64,000 nt of DNA from Acidimicrobiales bacterium. Its GTDB lineage: Bacteria; Actinomycetota; Acidimicrobiia; Acidimicrobiales; Bog-793. Shown in pieces: positions 43,868-54,029 of this stretch; position 1 is the stretch's first letter; the number at the start of each line of letters is the position of its first letter. Made by a program: the position numbers and the translations under genes. The notes beneath the pieces were generated by a model that saw nothing but the letters and a program-made list of their open reading frames with translations, did not search any database and was not told the DNA's origin. Location: the NCBI GenBank assembly GCA_050012675.1, contig JBEKGS010000004.1, positions 481 to 64,480 on the forward strand, read 5' to 3'.

Positions 43868-46444
43868 ATGTCCAGCACCGGGGAAAGCCGTAAGCAGGGC
43901 CAGCCACAAGGTCTTGACGCCGCGAATGGGGCCGCAGAAGTGACGCTCGTAGTCAACGGGATCGAGCGCCCCGTGCACAAAGGAGCGCCGCTGTTGTCGG
44001 TGCTGCGTGGCGAGCTCGGCCTGACGGGCGCCAAGCCGGGCTGCGGGGAGGGCGCGTGCGGATCGTGCACGGTGCTCGTCGACGGCCTGCCGGTACGCGC
44101 TTGTCAGCAGAAGGTGGACGATATTGCGGGGGCGAGCGTCACGACCATCGAAGGCCTCGCGACTGGAGGCCGACTCCACCCGGTCCAGCAGGCTTTCGTC
44201 GAGGTCGGTGCCGCCCAGTGCGGCTACTGCACTCCCGGCATGGTCCTGTCGGTGGTCGCCCTCTTGGCCCGCGAGCCGCATCCGGACGACGGTGCGGTGG
44301 ACGAGGCGTTGTCGGGCAATCTCTGCCGCTGTGGCGTTTACACGCGCGTCCGCAAGGCGGTGCACCGGGCCGTTGAGCTGGCGGCAGAGCCAGATGCCGC
44401 AGGCCGCCTGGCGGCAACGGCGAGCACCGATGACTGGAGACAGCCCGAGCCGTGCAAGCCCGGTTACAGGCCTGCGCGGCCTTGGGACATGACAGAGCCG
44501 AGGGAGCGTGATTGGTTCGGGGTTTTCGGCGACGGCCTGGTAGTGGTGCTGCCGCCCGACGAGCCAGCAGCGGGCACTTGGTCGACCAGCGGCGGTGCCT
44601 GGCTGCACGTGGCAACCGACGGGACCGTTACGGCCTTCACGGGCAAGGTGGACGTGGGCCAGGACAACCGCACGGCCTTGCGCATGCTTGTTGCCGAGGA
44701 GCTTCGCGTTCGCCTCGAGACCGTCCGCCTCGTGATGGGGGACACCGATCTGTGCCCCTACGACATGGGGACTTTCGGGAGCCGGTCGATGCCCGATGCC
44801 GGAAGCGCGCTCAGCCGGGTCGCCGCCTTTGCTCGCAACTTGTTGCCTGTGGCGCCCGGGGAACGAAGAATCGAGGTCGTCCGCGGCGAGGTTGAGGTCA
44901 CCCGATCCTCACAATGGCAGATCGCCGGTTCGCCGCGCACACCGTCCGGTGCAATCGACATCGTCACGGGCCGCCTGCATTACGCCTCGGACTTGAGCGC
45001 GCCGGGCCTTTGGCACGGATCCATGTTGCGACCACCTGTGTTCAGGTCAGTGCTCAGTCACCTCGACACGAGTGCCCTGGACGGGCGCAGTGACGTCGTG
45101 GTGGTGCAAACCCCTGTAGGCGTGGGAGTTGTTGCCCGTGACAGGATGGCGGCCCGGATGGCCCTTACTTGTTTGAAGGCAACCTGGCAGCTCCCAGACG
45201 CGCCGTCAGACGACGACCTCGAGGAGTTCCTGCGCTCGCATCCCGAGGTCAAAGACGATGGTTGGAATGGTCCTTTCCACCAGGAACATGGCGACCCCGC
45301 CGACGCGCTCGAGACCGCCGCTGTCCGCGTGGAGGCCAGCTACACGACGGCGTTTGTCGCTCCCGCACCTATCGAGACGAGAGTCGCGCTAGCCGTCTTT
45401 GCAGGGGGACGCCTGACGGTCTTTACGGGGACCCAGACCCCATTCCCGGTCCGGGCGGAGGTTGCGGCGGCGCTCGACCTCGACGAGCGGGATGTGCGCG
45501 TCATCGTGCCGCCGACGGGCGGCGGGTTCGGTGGTAAGCACGCGGGCGGTGTCGCCACCGAGGCGGCGCTGCTTGCCCGCGAGATCGGTGAACCGGTGCG
45601 GGTCGGCTGGACGCGCCGCGAGGAGTTCAGCGTCGGCTCCCTCCGGCCTGCCGCGGTGATGGACGTGCAGGCCGGAGCCACGGGCAAGGGCCAGATTTCG
45701 GCTTGGACCTTCACCAACATCAATTCAGGTCGAGCCGGCCTTGCCACGCCCTACCGGGTGGCCGACCAGCGCATCGAGTACCGGCCCGCTCAGAGCCCGC
45801 TCGCCCAGGCCTCCTTCCGGGCTCTGGCGGCCACGGCCAACAACTTCGCCCGGGAGTCCCATATGGACGAAGTGGCTCACCGGCTCGGTCGCGATCCGCT
45901 CGAGTTTCGCCTCGCCAACCTCGCCGACGAACGGCTCGCTCTCGTGCTGCGCGCTGCTGGGGAGCGTTTCGGGTGGTCGGACGCCCCGGAAGGAAGCGGG
46001 AGGGGCATCGCATGCGGACTCGAGAAAGAAGGGAGGGTTGCCACGGCCGCCCGGGTCGAGATGAGCAGCGATGGTGTCTTGCGAGTGCTCCGCATCGTCA
46101 CCGCGTACGAGTGCGGCGCTGTCGTCAATCCCGACAACGTCGTCAACCAGATCGAGGGCGCCACGGTCGTGGCGCTGGGCGGGGCGCTGTTCGAGGCCGT
46201 TCACTTCGACGCCGGGGTCATCACCAACGGGTCGTTCTCCGACTATCGGATTCCTCGCATCTCAGACGTTCCACCGATCGAGGTCGTCTTGTTGCACCGT
46301 GCTGATCTGCCCTCCGCAGGTGCCGGCGAGACACCGATGATCGCCGTAGCCCCGGCGATCGCCAATGCCGTCTTCGACGCGACCGGGTTCCGCCTGCGGT
46401 CGCTTCCTTTGACGACAGATGGTCATTTGAACCTCGACGGCTGA
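43868..46444 (+). CDS. Fused (2Fe-2S)-binding plus molybdopterin-binding oxidoreductase of the aldehyde oxidase/isoquinoline oxidoreductase (IorA-IorB-like) type, 858 aa
   Basis: Canonical FeS motifs: 'GCGEGACGSCTVLVDGLPVRAC', 'QCGYCTPG', 'GNLCRCGVY'. IorB-like body: 'WLHVATDGTVTAFTGKVDVGQDNRTALRMLVAEEL', 'PPTGGGFGGK', 'AGAGETPMIAVAPAIANAVFDATG'. No FAD subunit is adjacent. Confidence 0.9.
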   Translation: MSSTGESRKQGQPQGLDAANGAAEVTLVVNGIERPVHKGAPLLSVLRGELGLTGAKPGCGEGACGSCTVLVDGLPVRACQQKVDDIAGASVTTIEGLATGGRLHPVQQAFVEVGAAQCGYCTPGMVLSVVALLAREPHPDDGAVDEALSGNLCRCGVYTRVRKAVHRAVELAAEPDAAGRLAATASTDDWRQPEPCKPGYRPARPWDMTEPRERDWFGVFGDGLVVVLPPDEPAAGTWSTSGGAWLHVATDGTVTAFTGKVDVGQDNRTALRMLVAEELRVRLETVRLVMGDTDLCPYDMGTFGSRSMPDAGSALSRVAAFARNLLPVAPGERRIEVVRGEVEVTRSSQWQIAGSPRTPSGAIDIVTGRLHYASDLSAPGLWHGSMLRPPVFRSVLSHLDTSALDGRSDVVVVQTPVGVGVVARDRMAARMALTCLKATWQLPDAPSDDDLEEFLRSHPEVKDDGWNGPFHQEHGDPADALETAAVRVEASYTTAFVAPAPIETRVALAVFAGGRLTVFTGTQTPFPVRAEVAAALDLDERDVRVIVPPTGGGFGGKHAGGVATEAALLAREIGEPVRVGWTRREEFSVGSLRPAAVMDVQAGATGKGQISAWTFTNINSGRAGLATPYRVADQRIEYRPAQSPLAQASFRALAATANNFARESHMDEVAHRLGRDPLEFRLANLADERLALVLRAAGERFGWSDAPEGSGRGIACGLEKEGRVATAARVEMSSDGVLRVLRIVTAYECGAVVNPDNVVNQIEGATVVALGGALFEAVHFDAGVITNGSFSDYRIPRISDVPPIEVVLLHRADLPSAGAGETPMIAVAPAIANAVFDATGFRLRSLPLTTDGHLNLDG

Positions 46445-46504
46445 CAAGCTTCAGGACCGCCCCCTCCCACGACGTGGGGTCGAGTCCGTGAGTTCGACGG
46501 ACAG

Positions 46505-48100
46505 TTACGAGAGCCACATGTTCTTGAAGCCGTAAGCCCCGAGGGGAAGGCCCGTCTTGCTCGAGACCACGCCGTTGACCCGCGATCCATAGCCGTCGAT
46601 GACTGGGTTGAAGAACGGGATGATGTAGCCGCTCGCCGCGCCGGAGTACTCCATCTGCTGCATCTCGTGGGCGATCTCCACCTTCTCGGTCTCCTGCACT
46701 GTGGCCAGCGCCTTTCGGTAGAGCTTCGTGTAGGCGCCGTTGTCCGTGTGGCACTCGTTGAACGGGGCGTGGGCGACGGTGGCCTGAAGGACGTTGGCGA
46801 AGTATGGGTAGTACATCCAATGGTCCTGGGCGAAAGTCCAGTTCAGGTAGTTCGCTCCGAAGAACTCCGAAGGCGTGACCTTCCTGAGTTTCACTGTCAC
46901 ACCGGCTTGTGCCGCCTGCTGTTGCAGGACCTGGGCGGCCTCGACGGTTCCCGACGCGATGGCACTGGTCACGAGGGTGACTTTGAGCTCGGAGTGCCCG
47001 GCCTTGGCGAGCAGGCTCCTCGCCTGGTCGAGATCCTGGACTCGCTGGGGCAGGTCCGAGTCGTACACGACGTCGCGCAGCCCGAACACGTCGTTGCCGA
47101 TCCGGCCGTTTCCGTTGAAGACGATGTCCAGCATGCCTTGGCGGTCGCACATGAGACGGAATGCCTGGCGGACCCTCACGTCCTCGAACGGCGGGCGGTC
47201 GACACGCATCGTAAAGGGTGTGTAACCACCGCCCCAGGTAATGATGGCGTTGTTGCCGCCCGAAACTACGGCCACGATCGAGTACGCGGAGATGAGGTCG
47301 ATCACGTCGACGCTGCCGCTGCCCAACGCGTTGACCTGGCTGACCTCACCTGGAAGGTCGCTGATGACGAGCTGGTCGATATAGGGGAGGCCTGTCTCCC
47401 AGTAGTGCTCGTTCTTCACGAAGGTGCTCTCGTGGCCGGGGATGAACGACTCGTACTTGAAAGGGCCGGTGCCCACGGGGTGCCTTAAGTCGAAGCCCTC
47501 GGGCACGACGAAGAAGCGGTACGAGGCCAGGACGTCTTTCAGGATGGAGAAAGGTGTGAAGCACGGGATCTGGACGGTGTACTTGTCCAGCGTCTTGGCG
47601 TTGGCGATGTCGAGGGCCCTCAGTGACACCGCACCTAGCGCCGGGCTCGTCGGGTCGAGGATCCGTCGGAACGTGAACAGGACGTCTTCGGCGCCGAGAG
47701 TCCTACCGTTGTGGAACTCGATGTCGGGTTGGACCCGAACGGTCCAGTTCATGGCGTCGTGACTCGGTTCGAGCTCGTCGGCGAGGCTCTTCACGGTATG
47801 GCCGTCGAGGTCGAAATCGATCAGGGGGTTGAACAGGGAGTACACGCGGGCCGCGTCGACGAGGTTCACCCAATTGTGCGGATCGAGCGTGTCCCGACTG
47901 CTGCCGCCGCTCAAACCGGCGCGAAGGATTCCCCCGGGACGGGGGAGCGGTGTCGCCGTCGACCCCGAGGTTTTCGTGGTCGTGGGTTCTGAGCCTGAGC
48001 TGCACGCTGCAAAAAGGCCCCCAGTGCCGAGGAGCGCCGCGCCCTTCGCGACGTAGCCGAGCAGGTCCCTCCTGCTCAATTCGAAGGCGCGCTCACTCAT
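46505..48100 (-). CDS. ABC transporter substrate-binding lipoprotein, family 5 (peptide/nickel/opine type), Tat-signal-like leader
   Basis: 'MSERAFELSRRDLLGYVAKGAALLGTGGLFAACSSG' combines a twin-Arg-like motif with a lipobox Cys. The family-5 body includes 'YWETGLPYIDQLVI'. No permease or ATPase genes are adjacent. Confidence 0.85.
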   Translation of the reverse strand: MSERAFELSRRDLLGYVAKGAALLGTGGLFAACSSGSEPTTTKTSGSTATPLPRPGGILRAGLSGGSSRDTLDPHNWVNLVDAARVYSLFNPLIDFDLDGHTVKSLADELEPSHDAMNWTVRVQPDIEFHNGRTLGAEDVLFTFRRILDPTSPALGAVSLRALDIANAKTLDKYTVQIPCFTPFSILKDVLASYRFFVVPEGFDLRHPVGTGPFKYESFIPGHESTFVKNEHYWETGLPYIDQLVISDLPGEVSQVNALGSGSVDVIDLISAYSIVAVVSGGNNAIITWGGGYTPFTMRVDRPPFEDVRVRQAFRLMCDRQGMLDIVFNGNGRIGNDVFGLRDVVYDSDLPQRVQDLDQARSLLAKAGHSELKVTLVTSAIASGTVEAAQVLQQQAAQAGVTVKLRKVTPSEFFGANYLNWTFAQDHWMYYPYFANVLQATVAHAPFNECHTDNGAYTKLYRKALATVQETEKVEIAHEMQQMEYSGAASGYIIPFFNPVIDGYGSRVNGVVSSKTGLPLGAYGFKNMWLS

Positions 48101-48325
48101 GGCCGCTTCCTATCCTTCACCAGTGAGTCAGGGTAACGGCGCATGGGCGGGGCTGTTTTCGCGGTCGGGGCGAACCAGGCCGAAGAGCGTTCCAGGGCTT
48201 GAAGGGCGCGCCAGGCCGAGCCGACGCTCCGAAGGACGCGCGTGTCCTAAGGGCTGGCGCCGGGCTCGGGCACCCGACCCCGGCCTCACGAAGCCTTCGG
48301 TTGCTGTGCCCGCGCGTCGAAGCCT

Positions 48326-49771
48326 TTAGGCCAAGGGCGTCATGACGTGCTTGATTTGCGTGTAGTCCTCGAGGGAGTACATGGACATGTCCTTGCCGTA
48401 ACCGCTCTGCTTGTAACCGCCGTGCGGCATCTCCGGTGTGAGCCAGAAATGGGTGTTGACCCAGACGGCGCCGTACTGCAGACGACGGGCGACCCGCATG
48501 GCGCGCGAGATGTCTCGGGTCCATACCGAGGACGCCAATCCGTACTCGACGTCGTTGGCCCAGGCGACGGCCTGGTCCTCGTCGGAGAAGCGCTGCACAG
48601 TGACGACCGGCCCGAAGACCTCCCTCTGCACGATCTCGGCCTTCTGGTCGACGTCGGTGACCACGGTCGGGGTGTAGTAGAAGCCCGGTCCTGAGATCTC
48701 CTCGCCGCCGGTGAGGACTTTGGCCCCGGCGCCCTGCGCCCTCTCGACGAAGCCCTTGACGCTTTCTCTCTGTTTTGCGGAGACCAGCGGCCCGACCTCG
48801 ACCTCTGTGTCGGTGATGTCTCCGACCTTGATCGACTCGACGGCAGGCACGAGCCCGGAAAGCAGGTCGTCGTAGATCTTCGGACCGGCGACTACGCGGC
48901 ATGACGCCGTGCAGTCCTGTCCGGTGTTGGCATAGCCGGCGAACTTGAGCGTCGCGACCAGGGCCTCCACGTCGGCATCGTCGAAGACCACGACCGGGGC
49001 CTTGCCGCCGAGCTCGAGGTGGGCTCGCTTGACAGTCTCGGCGCAGGCGGCGGCGATGACCTTGCCGGTGGCAGTGTCGCCGGTGACAGATACGAGGCGG
49101 ACCGCTGGGTGCCGGGTGAGCGCGTCGCCGATGACGGCGCCCCGGCCGGTCACGACGTTGAACACACCCGCCGGGACGATGTCCGCGGCGAGTTCGGCCA
49201 ACCGCAGTGTCGTGAGCGGTGTGATCTGAGCTGGCTTGATGATCGAGGTGTTGCCTGCCGCGAGCGCGGGACCGAGCTTCCAGACGGCCATCATCAACGG
49301 ATAGTTCCATGGGCAGATGCCGACGGTGACTCCGAGCGGCTCCCGGCGGATCATGCTCGTGAAGCCCCTCTCGTACTCTCCGGTGGACTTGCCTTCCTGG
49401 CAGCGGGCGGCGCCGGCAAAAAAGCGCAGGCTGTCGGATATGAACGGGATGTCAGCCTTGGAGACCGTTATCGGTTTGCCGACATCGATGGACTCGAGCC
49501 GGGCGAGCTCGGCTGCGTCGGCGTCGATGGCATCTGCGAGCTTGAGGAGAATCGTGCTGCGTTCTTTCGGCGGGGTGTCGAACCAGACCTCGTCGTAGGC
49601 CTTCTGCGCCGCGGTCACTGCGCGCTCGATGTCCTGCTTGCCGGCGACCGCCACCTTGGCGATGGTCTGGCCGGTCGCAGGGTTGACGTCGTCGTCCGTC
49701 TCGCCATCGGCGGGAGTCACCCATTCGCCGCCGATGAACAACGGGCGGTACTTCTCCACGTTCTCCTCCAT
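48326..49771 (-). CDS. patD: Gamma-aminobutyraldehyde dehydrogenase-like aldehyde dehydrogenase
   Basis: Co-linear over essentially the full length with E. coli PatD/YdcW as I recall it: '[10 protein letters not shown]...[15 protein letters not shown]...[19 protein letters not shown]', 'ELGGKAP', 'GQDCTA.CR', '[26 protein letters not shown]', '[31 protein letters not shown]...HVM'. ATG 49771 with GGAAAGGAGAA upstream. Confidence 0.9.
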   Translation of the reverse strand: MEENVEKYRPLFIGGEWVTPADGETDDDVNPATGQTIAKVAVAGKQDIERAVTAAQKAYDEVWFDTPPKERSTILLKLADAIDADAAELARLESIDVGKPITVSKADIPFISDSLRFFAGAARCQEGKSTGEYERGFTSMIRREPLGVTVGICPWNYPLMMAVWKLGPALAAGNTSIIKPAQITPLTTLRLAELAADIVPAGVFNVVTGRGAVIGDALTRHPAVRLVSVTGDTATGKVIAAACAETVKRAHLELGGKAPVVVFDDADVEALVATLKFAGYANTGQDCTASCRVVAGPKIYDDLLSGLVPAVESIKVGDITDTEVEVGPLVSAKQRESVKGFVERAQGAGAKVLTGGEEISGPGFYYTPTVVTDVDQKAEIVQREVFGPVVTVQRFSDEDQAVAWANDVEYGLASSVWTRDISRAMRVARRLQYGAVWVNTHFWLTPEMPHGGYKQSGYGKDMSMYSLEDYTQIKHVMTPLA

Positions 49772-50056
49772 GGCACTGTTCTCCTTTCCGAAATCGTGCC
49801 CTTCGCCGTAAATGGTCTTGGTGCCCAGCGGGCCGTTCTGCAGGGCCGTTCGGCGTCCTACCTGTCCCGAGTCTCGTTCGGCGATCGTCTGGGTGGCGGC
49901 GCCACTGCGTCGCGGGGGATGACCATCCACATGGTCTTGCCCTGGTTGCACCGTAGCCCTAGCGACGCCATCCGCCCAGGGCCGAAGGTCCCGCCCGCCT
50001 GCAGCGTGAGCGACAGCGCTTAGGCATGCGCCGCTCTCGCTCGAAACTCGGAAGCG

Positions 50057-50527
50057 TCAGGTGGCGAGCCCGAAGGTCTCGCTTTCGTGCTTGCCTCCCA
50101 CCGAGTAGGAGAACGTGGCCTTGGAGTAAAGAGGGCCGAACTTCTTGGTGTTGGTCACCGCCGACAGGACCACCTTGGCGGCGTAGCTGCGGAAGCGTCC
50201 CGACACGCAGTTGGGCTGGCAATCGTTCTGGTAGAGGTCGCCCGTGCCGAGGGCGGTCTTGAGGCCCCAGTTCTCCCACCGGACGTTCTTCCAAGAGGCA
50301 TTGGCGTCCGCACAGGACATGAGGTAGTTCGCCGGTCTCACTTCGGGCACATTGAGGCATGAGAGCACCCTGGCGCCGGCCTTGAGGCCAACGCTGAGCC
50401 CCGAGGCGACTCCAGTACTACGCAGGGTCGCCGGCGCCGGACCGAGAGCCGCGTTTGCTCCGCAGGTTGGCAGCAACACCGCAACGGCCACGGTGATGCT
50501 GAAGATCGCCATGCCAATGCGTCGCAA
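50057..50527 (-). CDS. Secreted hypothetical protein (Cys-containing, 156 aa)
   Basis: Signal peptide 'MRRIGMAIFSITVAVAVLLPTCGANAA'. The mature part has four further Cys, 'C..NVPEV...MSCADANASW...NDCQPNC'. No family recognised. Confidence 0.5.
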   Translation of the reverse strand: MRRIGMAIFSITVAVAVLLPTCGANAALGPAPATLRSTGVASGLSVGLKAGARVLSCLNVPEVRPANYLMSCADANASWKNVRWENWGLKTALGTGDLYQNDCQPNCVSGRFRSYAAKVVLSAVTNTKKFGPLYSKATFSYSVGGKHESETFGLAT

Positions 50528-50739
50528 GTTCCACCTCTATCTCTTGGTCTGTAGGTCGTTCGGGCGCCGGCACCTAGACAGTAGCGAGCCATTACACCCG
50601 TCGGGTATCGCCTGCCGAAAGCCGGATGCACTGCAGGGCTCGACAGGAAAGACAGGTCCTCTCTTCGGCTGCCGCGGAAAATCAAGCCCACCCCGGCACC
50701 CGTCCACTGCTCGCCGAGCCCGATGTTCAGGCCGCTGAA

Positions 50740-52356
50740 TTAGTCTCCGTGCTGCCCGTCCTGGGCTCCTGGGACTGTCGGTACTAAAGGCAACACCGCG
50801 CCCTCGGGAACGAGCGTGGGTGTCGAGCGGTTGAGGGTCTCCCCGCGGAAGAAGGCTGGTCCCGCGAACCGCCAGATCACCGCACAGATGAGACCCACGA
50901 TCGCGCTCAAGAGGAAGATCAGGAAAACTCCCCCTATGTCCCAGTGGGGGCCGAACGGCAGTCTCCATGACGTGTAGCTCTGGTTGCTGGAGTAGAACCA
51001 GTCCTGCTGGAGGCTCCAAGCCCCGGCTCCGTACATGATCAGGCCTCCGAGCCCCGGCAGGATTCCCCTCATGAACAGGTCCCGAGTGCTTCGCGTCAAC
51101 GTCTTGCGGTAGTACCACAGACAGGTCCAACCAGTGAGGCCGTAGTAGAAGGCAATCCATACGCCGATGGACGTGATGGCATCCAGGATCATGTACCCAC
51201 CGGACATGTAGTTCATGGCCGCGTACATCACGATCGAGATGCCTCCCATCGCCAGGGTGGCGACGGTTGGGGTCAGGTACCGCTTGTGCATGTGACCGAA
51301 CGCGTCCGGTATCGCCTTGTACACGCTCATCGAGAGCACCGTACGGGCCGTGGGCAGGATGGTCGTCTGCGTAGAAGCGACAGCCGAGGAGAACACCATG
51401 AGCAAGAGCAGGTGCGAGAAGACCGAGCCGATCCAGCTCGAACCGAAGACTGCTGCCCCTTGCACTGACAACACGTCGGTGAGGTGCGCCGGGTTCGTCA
51501 GGCCTATGCCCGTCGAGCCGATGCCGGCGAAGGCCTGTGCGGCGATGATGACGAGCCCATACGTGGCCAGCAGCAGCACCGTGGCGGTGATCCCGGCCAG
51601 TCCCGGGAGCCTGTCCTTGTCACTCGTCTCTTCGTTGACCGAGAGCGAGGTGTCCCAGCCCCAGTAGATGAACAGCATCAGGACGAGACCGTCGATGAGT
51701 TTTGTGGGTGACACCGTCGTCGGGTTGAACCATGACAAGCTCGGCACCATGTGGCCTGGTGGGGCGTGACCCACGGCCACCCTGACGATCGCCACGAGCG
51801 CGTACACAGCCATCATGACGAGCTCGATCGCCAAGAGAACGAACTGGATCCTCGCCGAGATCTCGATGCCGCGGTAGCAGACGTAGGTCAGAACGACGAT
51901 GAAGAGCACTCCGACGAGGAGCACCCAGACGCTGCTCGGCTCGTTCCCGATGCCCTTGGCATTGAAGAGCAGGAAGAGGTACTGGCCGGAGATCTCAGCG
52001 AGGCTCGCCATGCAGAGCACGTCCGAGGCGAGGATCCCCCAGCCGCCAGCCCAGCCCGTTTTTGGCCCGAACGCACGCGTGGCCCAAGTGAAGGTCGTTC
52101 CGCAGTCGGGGTCGGCCTTGTTGAGCTCGCTGTAGCCGATCGAGATGAGCAGCATCGGTATGAACGCGCCAATCGCCACGAGTGGCGCGTGAAACCCGAC
52201 GTCGACAGCGATCAGGCCGAGAGTCGCAGCGAGGCTGAAGGCGGGGGCAGTGGACGCGGTCCCGATGACCACGCTCGAGACGAGCCCGATTGCCCCCGAC
52301 TTCAGCCCTTTGTCGACCCCTTCCTCCGAATGCAGCAAGGCGGGGTCGGTCGACAT
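50740..52356 (-). CDS. APC-superfamily amino acid/polyamine permease
   Basis: 12-14 hydrophobic helices. N-terminal 'GLKSGAIGLVSSVVIGTASTAPAFSLAATLG' (APC GSG-like helix-1 region). The start overlaps the gdhA stop by 1 nt (TGATG). Confidence 0.85.
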   Translation of the reverse strand: MSTDPALLHSEEGVDKGLKSGAIGLVSSVVIGTASTAPAFSLAATLGLIAVDVGFHAPLVAIGAFIPMLLISIGYSELNKADPDCGTTFTWATRAFGPKTGWAGGWGILASDVLCMASLAEISGQYLFLLFNAKGIGNEPSSVWVLLVGVLFIVVLTYVCYRGIEISARIQFVLLAIELVMMAVYALVAIVRVAVGHAPPGHMVPSLSWFNPTTVSPTKLIDGLVLMLFIYWGWDTSLSVNEETSDKDRLPGLAGITATVLLLATYGLVIIAAQAFAGIGSTGIGLTNPAHLTDVLSVQGAAVFGSSWIGSVFSHLLLLMVFSSAVASTQTTILPTARTVLSMSVYKAIPDAFGHMHKRYLTPTVATLAMGGISIVMYAAMNYMSGGYMILDAITSIGVWIAFYYGLTGWTCLWYYRKTLTRSTRDLFMRGILPGLGGLIMYGAGAWSLQQDWFYSSNQSYTSWRLPFGPHWDIGGVFLIFLLSAIVGLICAVIWRFAGPAFFRGETLNRSTPTLVPEGAVLPLVPTVPGAQDGQHGD

Positions 52357-53747
52357 CAGACGGTGCTCTCGTCCACCATGGCGTCTGCCACCTTGACGAA
52401 TCCGGCGATGTTGGCGCCCATGACGTAGTCGCCGGGGCGCCCGTACTCTTCGGCAGCGGCGCGCACGTTGGTGTGGATCGCACGCATGATCTGCTTCAGC
52501 TTGTTGTCAACCTGCTCGCGGGTCCAAGAGAGGTGCTCTATGTCCTGGGTCATCTCCAGTCCGGAGACGGCCACGCCGCCGGCATTGGCGGCCTTGCCGG
52601 GACCGTAGAGAATCTTGGCCTCGAGGAACCGGTCGACACCCTCGGGCGTCGTCGGCATGTTCGCACCCTCGGCGACGACCGTGACGCCGTTGGCCACGAG
52701 GTTGCGGGCGTCGGTGCCGTTGATCTCGTTTTGGGTCGCGCTCGGGAAGGCACACTCCGCCGGGACCGCCCACAGCGGGTTGAAGCCCTCGTCCTTCGCC
52801 GGCGTGAAGGTTGCCGTCGGGAAGCGCTCGGCGTACTCGCGGATCCGTCCGCGCCGAACGTTCTTGAGCTCCATGACGAAGTGGAGCTTCTCGGTGTTGA
52901 TCCCGTCGGGGTCGTAGATGAACCCGTCCGAGTCCGAGACAGTGAGGGGCTTGCCACCGAGCTCGATGAGCTTTTCGACGGTGTACTGAGCGACATTGCC
53001 GCTGCCGGAGACGAGACACTTCTTGCCCTCGAAGTTCTCCGAGCGCGTGGCGAGCATCTCTTGGGCGAAGTAGACCGCACCGTAACCGGTGGCTTCCGGC
53101 CGGATCTCCGATCCTCCCCAGTTGAGGCCCTTTCCGGTGAGCACACCAGTGAACTGGTTGGCGATCCTCTTGTAGTGGCCGAACAGGTAGCCGATCTCCC
53201 GGCCACCGACGCCGATGTCGCCAGCCGGCACGTCTGTGAACTGTCCGATGTGACGGTACAGCTCTGTCATGAACGCCTGGCAGAAACGACGGACCTCTCC
53301 GTCGCTCTTGCCCTTCGGGTCGAAGTCGGCCCCGCCCTTTGCGCCACCCATGGGCAAGGTTGTGAGGGAGTTCTTGATGACCTGCTCGAAGGCGAGAAAC
53401 TTGAGCAGTCCTAGATAGACAGACGGGTGGAACCTGAGCCCGCCCTTGTATGGCCCGATGGCGCTGTTCATCTGGACCCGGTAGCCGCGGTTGACCTGGA
53501 TCTCACCCTTGTCGTCGACCCAGCTGACCCGGAACATGATCACCCGCTCCGGCTCGACGAGCCGCTCGAGGACCTTCATCTCCTGGTACTTGGGGTACCG
53601 GTCAACTACGGGCTCGAGGGAGGTCAGTACCTCACTCACTGCCTGCAGGAACTCCGGCTCGCCTGCGTTGCGCACCGCGAGGTCGTTCAAGATGGACTTG
53701 ACGTTGTTGCTCACTTCAGTTGCCTCCCTGTGCACTCCGTTGTGCAC
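52356..53747 (-). CDS. gdhA: NADP-specific glutamate dehydrogenase
   Basis: Near-continuous identity blocks with E. coli GdhA: 'LERLVEPERVIMFRVSWVDDKGEIQVNRGYRVQMNSAIGPYKGGLRFHPSV', 'LPMGGAKGGADFDPKGKSDGEV', 'DVPAGDIGVGGREIGY', 'SGSGNVAQY', 'VAEGANMPTT', 'GPGKAANAGGVAVSGLEM', 'GANIAGFVKVADAM'. The exact start is uncertain (ATG 53747 or the downstream GTG giving 'VSNNVKS'). Confidence 0.95.
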   Translation of the reverse strand: MHNGVHREATEVSNNVKSILNDLAVRNAGEPEFLQAVSEVLTSLEPVVDRYPKYQEMKVLERLVEPERVIMFRVSWVDDKGEIQVNRGYRVQMNSAIGPYKGGLRFHPSVYLGLLKFLAFEQVIKNSLTTLPMGGAKGGADFDPKGKSDGEVRRFCQAFMTELYRHIGQFTDVPAGDIGVGGREIGYLFGHYKRIANQFTGVLTGKGLNWGGSEIRPEATGYGAVYFAQEMLATRSENFEGKKCLVSGSGNVAQYTVEKLIELGGKPLTVSDSDGFIYDPDGINTEKLHFVMELKNVRRGRIREYAERFPTATFTPAKDEGFNPLWAVPAECAFPSATQNEINGTDARNLVANGVTVVAEGANMPTTPEGVDRFLEAKILYGPGKAANAGGVAVSGLEMTQDIEHLSWTREQVDNKLKQIMRAIHTNVRAAAEEYGRPGDYVMGANIAGFVKVADAMVDESTV

Positions 53748-54029
53748 ATCTGGCTCTTGGTTTGCTCGGCCTTCGTGTGCCGCGCTCTTCGCCCTCGGTT
53801 GCTGGTCCTAGACCGTCGAAATCACTTTCCGACCCAGTGCCGTCCTTCCTGCCCAACGCTGAGGGCTCTATATCAATTGTCGCACCGGCAACCGGGCCTG
53901 AATAGGGACTTTCGGCCTATGGAGAATTGCCACACCTCCTCTAGACTAAATACGCGCATGTCCGCAGTTGCATTTTATTGCGCTGCCTCCTGTTGATCTT
54001 CGGTGGAATTGCCGAGAAAGGACAGTCTT

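Noticed and set aside
46475-46490. 'GGGGTCGAGTCCGTG', resembling a tRNA T-arm (GGTTCGAGTCC)
   Set aside because: The T-stem cannot pair (the 5' arm is not complementary to CCGTG), and no acceptor or anticodon arms are present. I found no convincing tRNA anywhere in the window by eye.
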